This document shows, in pieces, positions 1-8,381 of a DNA stretch of 64,000 bases. Each line of letters opens with the position of its first letter. The stretch's first letter is position 1. Location of the stretch: NCBI GenBank assembly GCA_963796275.1, contig CAWCKY010000004.1, forward strand, positions 992,001 to 1,056,000. Direction: 5' to 3'. Made by a program: the position numbers and the translations under genes. Source of the stretch: an uncultured Acidobacteriota bacterium. Lineage in GTDB: Bacteria > Acidobacteriota > Blastocatellia > RBC074. Under the pieces are notes generated by a model, which did no database searches, was not told where the DNA came from, and worked only from the letters and a program-made list of their open reading frames with translations.

Positions 1-207
1 GCCTCGCCGACGCTGGTCTTCGCTGTTATCGGGCAGGCGCGCGCCGAAAACTTTATCAGCCCGGAGGAGGAGAGCCGGATATTCTCCGAGATGCTCGATT
101 ACTGGGCGCTACGCAACGCGCTCGATTACCGAGTTAATTGCGCCAATCCGACGGGGAAGTATTTAACCCCATCGCAATTTATTCCTGACCAAATTTTGAG
201 GAGGTAA
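1..207 (+). CDS. 3' end of a hypothetical protein, truncated by the window edge
   Basis: Frame 1 is open from base 1 (ASPTLVFAVIGQARAENFISPEEESRIFSEMLDYWALRN...QILRR) to TAA at 205-207. Its last codons AGGAGG serve as the SD for the ATG at 209, indicating translational coupling. Confidence 0.75.
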   Translation, partial: ASPTLVFAVIGQARAENFISPEEESRIFSEMLDYWALRNALDYRVNCANPTGKYLTPSQFIPDQILRR

Positions 208-208
208 T

Positions 209-1963
209 ATGAATAAGAATCCGCACAAGCATGCTGAGGCGACCGGCACCAATGAGTTGGAACGAGCAAAATCCGTCGCCAACGAGCTTGAAAATTCTAA
301 ATCCGAAAAGCTCCGAGACGCGCTGGCGGAGAGCTCCCAGGATGCGCTGGCCAATGCCAGAGCACCTCAGCCATTGGTTAACGTCAAGTTAACGCGCGCA
401 TCGGGCGTTCCGAGCCCCGGAGATCTCGGGGACGAGAAGATATTCTGGACGGCTATCCGCAATCGCACCGAGGCCATCGGCTTCGACAATTATGCCAAAG
501 TGATCGATGCCGTTCTGTGCGGCAGAAATAATCCATCGGGAAAGACCTGTAAAGACCCGTCTCAAGATGTCCTGTTCACCGATATCGGAAGTCCTTCGAT
601 CCAAGAGCGGCGCGACAATCTGCTGGACGATTTCCCGAGCATCAACGGCGTCGACTCATATAACCTGCTCAAACTGACTACGCAGGCATTTCTGCTCGTT
701 GAGACCGGGATCATCATCAGGCGCCCACACGTGGGAGCTGATAATTTCATCAGGGATGAGAGAAACAGGTACGGCGACAACTCGATCATCTACCAGAATC
801 CGGATGATCGTAACGACCCCAACAGCCTGAGCTTTCAATTGAGACGCTTCCTGGGTTTCGACCACAAGGTCCCTTACCTCAGCCGGATTGTCGATGCGCT
901 GGTGTCAGCCGGATCCAGGCAGGAAGGCTCGCCGTTCTGCGAGGGTTTACTGCAGAATCGATTCTCATGTCCGAGCATGATCGAACTGATCTGGTCTTTC
1001 TGGAAGGAACAGGGAATGCTGGTTCAAACTATGAACGCCATCGCCCTCCGCTTCCAGAACAAGCGAGGTCCCTCTGACCATGATCCACTGGCCAATCTGG
1101 AGATCGATCCGCTGCGCCCGCTCAGCACACTGATCTGGGGGTTTATTCAAGATGAGTATAACCGCCTGACCGTCGCGCGCCGCGCTTACGAATATGATCA
1201 CCAATATGGATTGAGGATTTACGGGAAGGCCATACCCAATTTGAGACCGGCCGACAGCCGTTCGAAGTTCCTCGAAGCATTTCATAACCTGCTCTATCGC
1301 GCCTCGCTCTTCTATCGCGAAGATGCCGACACGACCGTGATCGCCGACGGGTTCCCGCTTCTGAATGCACTGCGCGAGGTTCATCTGATGCTGGCCGAGG
1401 GAGCGGGCAATCAGTACAGCGATCTGCAGTGGACGGCGCGCGGCGAGATGCTGATGATGCAGTGGTTGTTAGCGCGGCCCGAGATGCGCGAATTTCTGCG
1501 CGGACGCGCGATGGTCCCATACAATGAGCGCTGGATGGGGCAGGTCGATACGATGAAGAGGCTGCAAGGTTGGACGGATACTTCGATCACGCATTTCCGC
1601 AACCTGGCGATCTACGGTGAGCAGATATTGCTCTCTGTGAGGTATGGTGATTGGATCGGCGTTAACGACCAGGAACAGGCAAAAACCTGGGCCAGATACT
1701 GGAGGCCCGAAATTCAGGGGTATATTCACGCCTATCTGGCGGCCACCGGAGTCGATCTGTCTGATGAAGTGGTCGACACACGGCGCGCGGCGGTCCGGTA
1801 CGTTCAACCGTCCGCGCTGTTGAGAGATCGCCTGGCCGCGCAGGGCGGGCAAGCCGGCCTGCCGCCCGCTTCGGGGGGCAGAGCGTTGGTTGCCGGCGGA
1901 GTCGATTTCTCCGCTTCGGCCGGATTCCGCCGGCGCAGGCTCAATCCGGTCAGAGAAGAATGA
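209..1963 (+). CDS. Hypothetical protein of unknown function (584 aa)
   Basis: Long ORF with AGGAGG SD. Trp/Tyr-rich globular-looking core (ELIWSFWKEQGMLVQTMNAIALRFQN, RRAYEYDHQYG, WARYWRPEIQGYIHAY), no signal peptide, basic C-terminal tail. No family recognised. Confidence 0.85.
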   Translation: MNKNPHKHAEATGTNELERAKSVANELENSKSEKLRDALAESSQDALANARAPQPLVNVKLTRASGVPSPGDLGDEKIFWTAIRNRTEAIGFDNYAKVIDAVLCGRNNPSGKTCKDPSQDVLFTDIGSPSIQERRDNLLDDFPSINGVDSYNLLKLTTQAFLLVETGIIIRRPHVGADNFIRDERNRYGDNSIIYQNPDDRNDPNSLSFQLRRFLGFDHKVPYLSRIVDALVSAGSRQEGSPFCEGLLQNRFSCPSMIELIWSFWKEQGMLVQTMNAIALRFQNKRGPSDHDPLANLEIDPLRPLSTLIWGFIQDEYNRLTVARRAYEYDHQYGLRIYGKAIPNLRPADSRSKFLEAFHNLLYRASLFYREDADTTVIADGFPLLNALREVHLMLAEGAGNQYSDLQWTARGEMLMMQWLLARPEMREFLRGRAMVPYNERWMGQVDTMKRLQGWTDTSITHFRNLAIYGEQILLSVRYGDWIGVNDQEQAKTWARYWRPEIQGYIHAYLAATGVDLSDEVVDTRRAAVRYVQPSALLRDRLAAQGGQAGLPPASGGRALVAGGVDFSASAGFRRRRLNPVREE

Positions 1964-2121
1964 ACCGAATCGTGATCATACCTTGAGCCGTGGCGCCGAT
2001 GTATCCGCCATCGCCGCGGCTCCCGGATCCATCACAACCTGTTATCTCCAGCGGCCGATTGGTGGATTATGCCAATTGTGGCGGCTGTGGCCATCAGCCA
2101 TATCAAAAGTAGGAGCCGATC

Positions 2122-4206
2122 ATGAGCAGCCGATTTAATAGTGAAATATTCGAAACCCAGCCTTTCATTTTTGAAGAAGGTGAAGATAACGAGAGAGACA
2201 GACCCATCGGGCATAGCAGAGTTGCCTCTCGCCGACCCGCTGGCCGAAGCAAGCAATCGGCCCGGCGACGGCAACCGGCGCGCTCGCGCCCAAGCCCAAG
2301 ATTTCAGATCAGATTCCCGGTCTTTTCACTGCCATACACGGCTTTGCCAGTGCCGGTTGAAACAGCGAATGAGCCTGATGCCCAAGAGCCGCCGATAGAT
2401 TCTGCCCCGGACGATGCCACCACTCCACAGCTCGAAATCGGCTCTGGCGGCGAACGGAGCAAGAGGAGCAAAAGGGGCAACGGGGGTAAGGGGGACCAAC
2501 GAAGCGAGGGGGGCCAACGAGGCGAGGGGGACCAACGAGGCGAGGGGGGCCAACGAGGCGAGGGGGGCGAGTACGTGCGCCGCGTGCAGAGCAAGCTGAA
2601 CCGGCTATTAGGATTGAAGCTGCCGCTGGATGGCGAGATGGGTGTGAAGACGCGCGCCGCGATTCGCAGCCTGCAGCGAAAATATGGGCTGCCAGTCGAT
2701 GGGATCATCCGGCCGCAGACTGAACGCATATTGGCCGCGGCTGGCCATTCCCGACGCCCGCTCCGCACAGAAGAAGAGATCGACAGTGAGGTTGATCGAG
2801 GCAGTTATGATTACGCCCGGTGGGTGCAGCGTTCCCTCAACCACCTTATGGGCATGGGGCTTGTCGAAGATGGAATCATAGGTACGCATACCCGCAGCGC
2901 AATCCGCAGTTTCCAACAACGATACGGTTTGATCGTGGACGGAATCGTCGGGCCGCAGACCGAGGGAGCGCTCATCAATGCCGGCGCCGCCCCTCCGCCG
3001 GGCGACGTGGGCACTTACCCTTCGACTCCTCCTCGAACAGGCGCGCCGGCAGGATCGCTTGCCTGGGGAGCGAAAGTCTCGAACGAGTTTCGAACCAAGG
3101 TACTGGCTATCGCCAGGACGTTAAATTGTGATCCGAACCACCTGATGGCAGCCATGGCATTCGAGACGGCCGAGTCATTCAGTCCATCCAAACGAAATCC
3201 ATATAGTGGCGCCACGGGGCTCATCCAATTCACAGTGACGACGGCGAAGAGACTCGGGACCACGACGGATGCCCTGGCCCGAATGACAGCCTTGCAACAG
3301 CTCGATTATGTCAAAAAGTACATGCAGGAATACGCCAACCGGATAAATACGATTGAAGACGTTTATATGGCGATCCTTTGGCCGAAAGCCATTGGCCAAC
3401 CGAACAGCATGATTTTGATGTCGCGTAATAGTAGCGATGCAGTTAACCGACTAGCTTACGAGCAGAACGCCCCCCTCGATGCCAGTCGAGACGGCACAAT
3501 CACGAAAGCCGAGGCAGCCGAGCCCGTTCGGCAGAGGCTGGCGAAGGGCTTGCTGCCCGGGAATGTCAGCTCGGCACCTACTTCCGGCAGTCCGAGTTCA
3601 TACATCCCGATTCCTCCCTTAACCGGCGGGCAGCCGACTCCGGCACAGCCAACGAGAAAACAGCTGAGCGGCGGCGCGTGGGTCGATCAATTTCGAGGCA
3701 GCTCAAGTCCGGACGATCTCGCCTCGCCCTTCCGTGAAAACGTCAAGAAATTCCTGGCGGCCCTGGCTGAAGCCGGAGCCAACGTCAGGATCAGTACGAC
3801 TTTCCGTCCGGTCCAGCGGCAGTATCTAATGTATTGGGCGGCCCAGATCGCCAGGAGCAAAAGTACCGGACAAAACATCCCTCAATATCCCGGCGTGAAT
3901 ATCGAGTGGTGGCACGGTAACGTCGAGGCCTCCAGACGGGCGGCCCAGGAAATGGTGGACCGTTTCGGGATTGGCCAAAATCCGGTCGCGTATCCGGAGC
4001 GCTCGCTTCACGACGAGAGTAAGGCGATCGATATGAGTCTCAGCTGGACCGGAAATTTGCGAATCAGGAAAACCGACGGCCAATATGTCACTATCACGTC
4101 TTCACCAAAAGACGGTACTAATCGCGATCTGGTCGAGGTCGGGAAAAGTTACAAGGTCTACCATCTGGCAAACGATCCCCCACACTGGTCGATAAATGGC
4201 AGCTGA
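2122..4206 (+). CDS. Multidomain peptidoglycan hydrolase: 2 PG-binding domains, lysozyme-like/lytic transglycosylase domain, M15-like Zn peptidase domain
   Basis: Two PG_binding_1-like repeats (VQxxLN..DGxxGxxTRxAIRxxQ..GLxVDGI). Lysozyme-like block MAFET...GATGLIQF...QLDYVKKY. C-terminal STTFRP...SLHDESKAID...DPPHW resembles M15/VanY. AGGAG SD. Confidence 0.8.
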   Translation: MSSRFNSEIFETQPFIFEEGEDNERDRPIGHSRVASRRPAGRSKQSARRRQPARSRPSPRFQIRFPVFSLPYTALPVPVETANEPDAQEPPIDSAPDDATTPQLEIGSGGERSKRSKRGNGGKGDQRSEGGQRGEGDQRGEGGQRGEGGEYVRRVQSKLNRLLGLKLPLDGEMGVKTRAAIRSLQRKYGLPVDGIIRPQTERILAAAGHSRRPLRTEEEIDSEVDRGSYDYARWVQRSLNHLMGMGLVEDGIIGTHTRSAIRSFQQRYGLIVDGIVGPQTEGALINAGAAPPPGDVGTYPSTPPRTGAPAGSLAWGAKVSNEFRTKVLAIARTLNCDPNHLMAAMAFETAESFSPSKRNPYSGATGLIQFTVTTAKRLGTTTDALARMTALQQLDYVKKYMQEYANRINTIEDVYMAILWPKAIGQPNSMILMSRNSSDAVNRLAYEQNAPLDASRDGTITKAEAAEPVRQRLAKGLLPGNVSSAPTSGSPSSYIPIPPLTGGQPTPAQPTRKQLSGGAWVDQFRGSSSPDDLASPFRENVKKFLAALAEAGANVRISTTFRPVQRQYLMYWAAQIARSKSTGQNIPQYPGVNIEWWHGNVEASRRAAQEMVDRFGIGQNPVAYPERSLHDESKAIDMSLSWTGNLRIRKTDGQYVTITSSPKDGTNRDLVEVGKSYKVYHLANDPPHWSINGS
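2491..2568 (+). repeat. In-frame 18-bp tandem repeat (about 4.3 copies) encoding G[DG]QR[SG]E
   Basis: ggg gac caa cga agc gag / ggg ggc caa cga ggc gag / ggg gac caa cga ggc gag / ggg ggc caa cga ggc gag / ggg ggc. Confidence 0.9.
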
Positions 4207-4250
4207 TCATCGGCGTCGCCGATTCATGCCCGATTCATGGAAGATAAGCG

Positions 4251-5036
4251 ATGATCATAGATTGTCATTGCCACGCCGGAAAAGGCGACGGGTTGACCGG
4301 CCCATGGGACACCAACGCGTCGCTCGAAAAATATCTGCCGCGAGCGCAACGAGCCGGCATCGATCGTACCGTGCTGCTCGCGGCATTCCATTCTGATTAT
4401 TCCTCGGCTAACCACGAAGTGGCGCGCATCGTCGCCTCTCAACCCGATCGCTTTTACGGATTCGCCTTCGTACACCCGGCGCGCGACCGCGGGCGGGTGG
4501 CGGTGATGGTAGGAGAGGCGGTCACGCGATATGGCTTCGTCGGGATCAAGGTTCATCGGCACGATTCGCCGATCACGCGCGAAATTTGCGATGTCGCTCG
4601 GAGATTCTCACTGCCGGTTATGTACGACGTCATGGGTGAAATATCGGCGATCGAACTGCTGGCAGCGGAGTATTCCGACGTGCCGTTCATTATCCCGCAC
4701 CTCGGCAGTTTCGCCGACGACTGGCGGGCGCAGCTGGCACTGATCGACCAGTTGGAACGGCATCCGAACGTTTATACCGACACTTCGGGCGTGCGGCGAT
4801 TCGACCTGCTCGATCAAGCCGTTCGACGCGCGGGAGCGGAAAAAATATTATTTGGATCCGACGGGCCGTGGCTGCACCCCGGAGTCGAACTGGCGAAAGT
4901 CAAAGCGCTCGGATTATCGCCTTTGAGGGAGCAGATGGTGCTGGGCGACAACTTTCTGCGGCTGATCGATCATCCCCCTTCAATATACGCTCGGCCCGCT
5001 GCACTTGATGCGCGCCGACGGTCAAGCCGAGCCTAG
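4251..5036 (+). CDS. Amidohydrolase-2 family metal-dependent hydrolase
   Basis: IIDCHCH (HxH), GIKVH, IIPHLG and ILFGSDGP TIM-barrel motifs. Confidence 0.9.
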   Translation: MIIDCHCHAGKGDGLTGPWDTNASLEKYLPRAQRAGIDRTVLLAAFHSDYSSANHEVARIVASQPDRFYGFAFVHPARDRGRVAVMVGEAVTRYGFVGIKVHRHDSPITREICDVARRFSLPVMYDVMGEISAIELLAAEYSDVPFIIPHLGSFADDWRAQLALIDQLERHPNVYTDTSGVRRFDLLDQAVRRAGAEKILFGSDGPWLHPGVELAKVKALGLSPLREQMVLGDNFLRLIDHPPSIYARPAALDARRRSSRA

Positions 5037-5144
5037 TCGATCCCTAGGACAGTCTCGCGCTTAAAGCCCAGACCGATGAAATGAAGGTTGCAAGGTTCGC
5101 AATAGTCCCGGCCTCTCAAGGTCTCACTACCCAACCTTTGCACG

Positions 5145-5382
5145 AATCAGCCCACGTAGTGGGCGATAGAATAAAGCCCAGGGTGTAGCCGAAGGCGTAA
5201 CCCTTGTGGCGTACCTTAATCGCGCGAGCCCACGAAGTGGGCGATAGACCTCAAAATTGCGTGGTTGATCCCAAACTCTGCCGCCCGTTTCACTGGCTCG
5301 AACCATCTTTATGATGTCACCCAGGGTTACGCCTTCGGCTACACCCGGGCTATATTCTGTTGCCCGCATTCGCGGGCTGATT
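5145..5382. repeat. REP/REPIN-like nested palindromic element (family A, copy 1)
   Basis: Terminal inverted repeat aatcagccc...gggctgatt with internal arms agcccagggtgtagccgaaggcgtaaccc / gggttacgccttcggctacacccgggct. A closely similar copy lies at 45161-45400. Confidence 0.85.
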
Positions 5383-5462
5383 ACTACGGTTATTTTTAGT
5401 GCTGCCTCTTTTGTATCTTTGTGAGTTTTGTGGTGAATTTTCTTGATCAGCCGAACGCTGCT

Positions 5463-8120
5463 TCACTCACTGCGCAATGCCACCATCGGGTCTACTTTCG
5501 TCGCTCGCCGCGCCGGTATCCAGCATGCAACGAGCGCCACCATCATCAACACCACCGCGATCACCATAAAGGTCAACGGATCAGTCGGGCGCACGCCAAA
5601 CAACAAGGTCTCCATCCACCTCGTCAGCGCGAACGCCGACAGCAATCCGATCGCGATGCCGATCAGCGCCAGCGTCATTCCCTGGGCAATCACTATCTTC
5701 AGCACATCTCTCGCCTGCGCTCCCAATGCCATGCGGATACCAATTTCTCGTGTGCGCTGTGTAACCGCATAGGCCATCACACCGTAGATGCCAACCGACG
5801 CCAGGATCAAAGCTACAACCGCGAAGACCGTCAGGAGAACCGTGTTGAAGCGCGCGCGCCCCATCGATTCAGACAGCCAGCTCTCCATCGTGCGGACCTC
5901 TGCGACAGGCTGGTCGTGATCGAGCGATCGGATCACTCCACGCGCTGCCGCAGCCACATTCAAAGGGTCACCCGCTGTTCGTATGACGAGCGTCATGCCG
6001 GGGAATGCCAGTTCCGAATGCGGCCAATAAAAAGTAGGCTCAGCGTCCCAAGCCAGAGTCTCCTGCTTCGCGTCGCCGACGATGCCGATTATCTCCACCG
6101 GCGGGTTCCGGCTTGGAGGACGGGAGTGGATCGTTACCTGTTTGCCGATGGGGTCTTCGCTCGGGAAGTATTTGCGAGCCAATGCTTCATTGATAAGTAC
6201 GACGCCTTGCGCCTCAGTCGCCTCCTGTTCGGTGTAGATGCGCCCGCGCAGCAGTGGGATCTGAAGCGCGCGAAAATAATGGGCGTCGGTAACACAAACT
6301 TTCGTCAAAAGGTCCTGTCCGGCTGGAGGCTTCGGACGGTCTTCGATGTAAAAACGGACGCCGATAGCGGGACTGGCAAACGGGAGAGCGGAGACTGCGC
6401 CGGCGGCCTTCACTCCGGGCAGCGCCTGCAGACGCTCCACGGCCTGCTTGATCAAGTCGATGCGTTGTCGTTCCGGTGCTTGCCAATTCCGCGACACGCC
6501 CACTCCCATTGTCAGCACATTTTCCGGATTGAACCCGGGATCGACTGCCTGCAATCGCGCGAAGCTGTTTATCAGCAGGCCGGCGCCGGCGAGCAACACC
6601 AGCGCCAGCGCGACTTCCGCGATGACAAATAGGCTGCGCAGGCGCCGGTTGTGGCGACCCTCTGCGACGCTTCGGCCGTTCTCCTTAAGAGTGTATTGTA
6701 GATTCACGCGTAACGACGCAAATGCGGGCACGATGCCGATGAAGAGGCTGGTCGCTAGCGAGATGCTGAGCGTAAAGATGAGAACGCGCGCGTTGATCCG
6801 GATGCTCTGCAGGATGAGCAGGTCGGGCGGACTCAGAGAGACCAACAGGTTTGTACCCCAGACAGAGAGCAACAAACCGGCAGCGCCGCCCAGGGCGACC
6901 AGCAACAGGCTTTCAGTCAATAACTGACGTACAATCCGCAAACGGCTCGCTCCCAGCGCCGAGCGTAACGCGATCTCTTTACCTCGCGCCGCCGCCCGCG
7001 CCAGCTGCAGGTTCGCCACGTTCGCGCAAACAATCAATAAGACGAAGGCGATCGCGCCGAACAGCACCAGCAAGGTCAGGCGCAAACCACCGTACAACTG
7101 TTCGCGCAGCGGGACCACTGAAGCGCTCAGATTGGCATGGTAATTCGGATATTGCTCTGCTATCCGCGCCGCAATCGTCGCCATCTCGGCCTGTGCCCGG
7201 TCAATAGAAATGCCCGGTTTGAGGCGAGCGACAGCGTTCAGATATCGTCCCTGCCACACGCGATGGCCTCTGGTCGGAGCAAATGTCGTCCAGAGCTCGG
7301 CCGATTCCCCGCCCTTCACTCTCCATTGAAAACCTGGCGGCATGACTCCGACGATCGTGGCTTCATCGGGAAGAGCCTGAATTATCTTAAGCCGGCGACC
7401 GATGATTGCCGGATCGCCAGCGAAACGCCGTTGCCATAAGCTATGGCTGATCAATATAACTCGCGGCTGATTCGGTCTGACATCGTCTGATGTGAAACCA
7501 CGTCCCAGTGCTGCTCTTACGCCGAGCAACTTAAACAGGTTGTGTGTCACACTCTGTGATGCGACCTCCTCCGGCTCGCCATCGCCGGTCAGGACCGCCC
7601 GACCGCCAGCGAAAGCAGCCATATCGGCGATGACGTGATTCTGTTCCTGCCAATCCGCAAATGTATCGGGATCGACTCCCATCTGCGGGAAATTGCGCGC
7701 GGGCCAGCTCTCCGAAACCAGCATCAGTCGTTCAGCCTCGTGATATGGCAGCGGGCGCAACAGCACCTCATTTACCACGCTGAAGATCGCGGTATTTGCG
7801 CCGATCCCCAACGCCAGAGATAGCACCGCGATGAAAGTGAAGCCCGGCTGTTTCAACAGCATTCGCGCGCCAAAACGCAGATCCTGCCAGGCTTCTTCAA
7901 CCCGTCGGAGCCGGCTGACATCCCGATAGGCTTCCTTCTGCTGCTCCACACCCCCGAAGCTTCGCAGTGCCGCCAACCGCGCCTCTTCTTCGCTCATTCC
8001 CCGCCGAATGTTGGCGGCCGTCTCCATCTCCAGATGAAATCGCATCTCGACATCCATCTCGCGCTCGGCATTTCGCCGTCGCAAACTCGCCGTCAGACGA
8101 TGAAATAATTGGCGAAGCAT
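5463..8120 (-). CDS. ADOP-type ABC permease (2x MacB_PCD-FtsX) with canonical permease-prefix N-terminus
   Basis: [58 protein letters not shown]. Start moved to ATG 8120, which has a GGAGG SD. Confidence 0.92.
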   Translation of the reverse strand: MLRQLFHRLTASLRRRNAEREMDVEMRFHLEMETAANIRRGMSEEEARLAALRSFGGVEQQKEAYRDVSRLRRVEEAWQDLRFGARMLLKQPGFTFIAVLSLALGIGANTAIFSVVNEVLLRPLPYHEAERLMLVSESWPARNFPQMGVDPDTFADWQEQNHVIADMAAFAGGRAVLTGDGEPEEVASQSVTHNLFKLLGVRAALGRGFTSDDVRPNQPRVILISHSLWQRRFAGDPAIIGRRLKIIQALPDEATIVGVMPPGFQWRVKGGESAELWTTFAPTRGHRVWQGRYLNAVARLKPGISIDRAQAEMATIAARIAEQYPNYHANLSASVVPLREQLYGGLRLTLLVLFGAIAFVLLIVCANVANLQLARAAARGKEIALRSALGASRLRIVRQLLTESLLLVALGGAAGLLLSVWGTNLLVSLSPPDLLILQSIRINARVLIFTLSISLATSLFIGIVPAFASLRVNLQYTLKENGRSVAEGRHNRRLRSLFVIAEVALALVLLAGAGLLINSFARLQAVDPGFNPENVLTMGVGVSRNWQAPERQRIDLIKQAVERLQALPGVKAAGAVSALPFASPAIGVRFYIEDRPKPPAGQDLLTKVCVTDAHYFRALQIPLLRGRIYTEQEATEAQGVVLINEALARKYFPSEDPIGKQVTIHSRPPSRNPPVEIIGIVGDAKQETLAWDAEPTFYWPHSELAFPGMTLVIRTAGDPLNVAAAARGVIRSLDHDQPVAEVRTMESWLSESMGRARFNTVLLTVFAVVALILASVGIYGVMAYAVTQRTREIGIRMALGAQARDVLKIVIAQGMTLALIGIAIGLLSAFALTRWMETLLFGVRPTDPLTFMVIAVVLMMVALVACWIPARRATKVDPMVALRSE

Positions 8121-8132
8121 TGCATCTCCCTC

Positions 8133-8180
8133 CAGATGTTCTACAGGAACGATACTATTCCTCTTGTAGACAGTCAAGAG
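8133..8180 (-). promoter_or_regulatory. Sigma70-like promoter with two TAGA-N3-TCTA-like operator candidates
   Basis: Minus strand TTGACT(8177-8172)-17 nt-TATCGT(8154-8149). Palindrome CTCTTG-N8-CAAGAG at 8161-8180. Boxes TAGACAGTCAA (8167-8177) and TAGAACATCTG (minus strand, 8143-8133). Confidence 0.55.
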
Positions 8181-8329
8181 AGGTGAGGATCGGGGCAGGC
8201 GGCTGGGAATGGTCCTGGAGTTTATCTGACTATGACCATATCGTTTCGCCTCACATCCATTCAATTGTCACCCTCCCCACCAGAATTTTCGCGCAGCCAA
8301 TAAAACCGAAGGGACTGGATCGAACTGGC

Positions 8330-8381
8330 TTGAAACAAGCTATTTCGTGCAGTAATATGCATCATCGTGCAAGAACGTGCA
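8330..8381 (+). promoter_or_regulatory. Sigma70-like promoter with four TGCA repeats at 10-bp period
   Basis: TTGAAA(8330-8335)-17 nt-TAATAT(8353-8358); TGCA at 8348, 8358, 8368 and 8378. Confidence 0.6.

Noticed and set aside
2491-2568. Possible CRISPR array among the short repeats (also 17071, 22220, 42207)
   Set aside because: There are no unique spacers between repeats and no cas genes.
2122-4206. Prophage endolysin
   Set aside because: No holin, spanin, integrase or recognisable virion gene is in view. A prophage upstream of the window cannot be fully excluded.
5127-5369. Similar small ORFs at 5127-5369, 45123-45311, 45120-45629 and 24385-24669
   Set aside because: They are translations of REP-like palindromic elements, not a protein family.
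8121-8264. N-terminal extensions given by the ORF track (also 23994-24164, 40881-41072, 46157-46261, 47476-47517, 63626-63703)
   Set aside because: Downstream ATGs fit SD position, signal peptides and family starts better, and some extensions overlap promoters.
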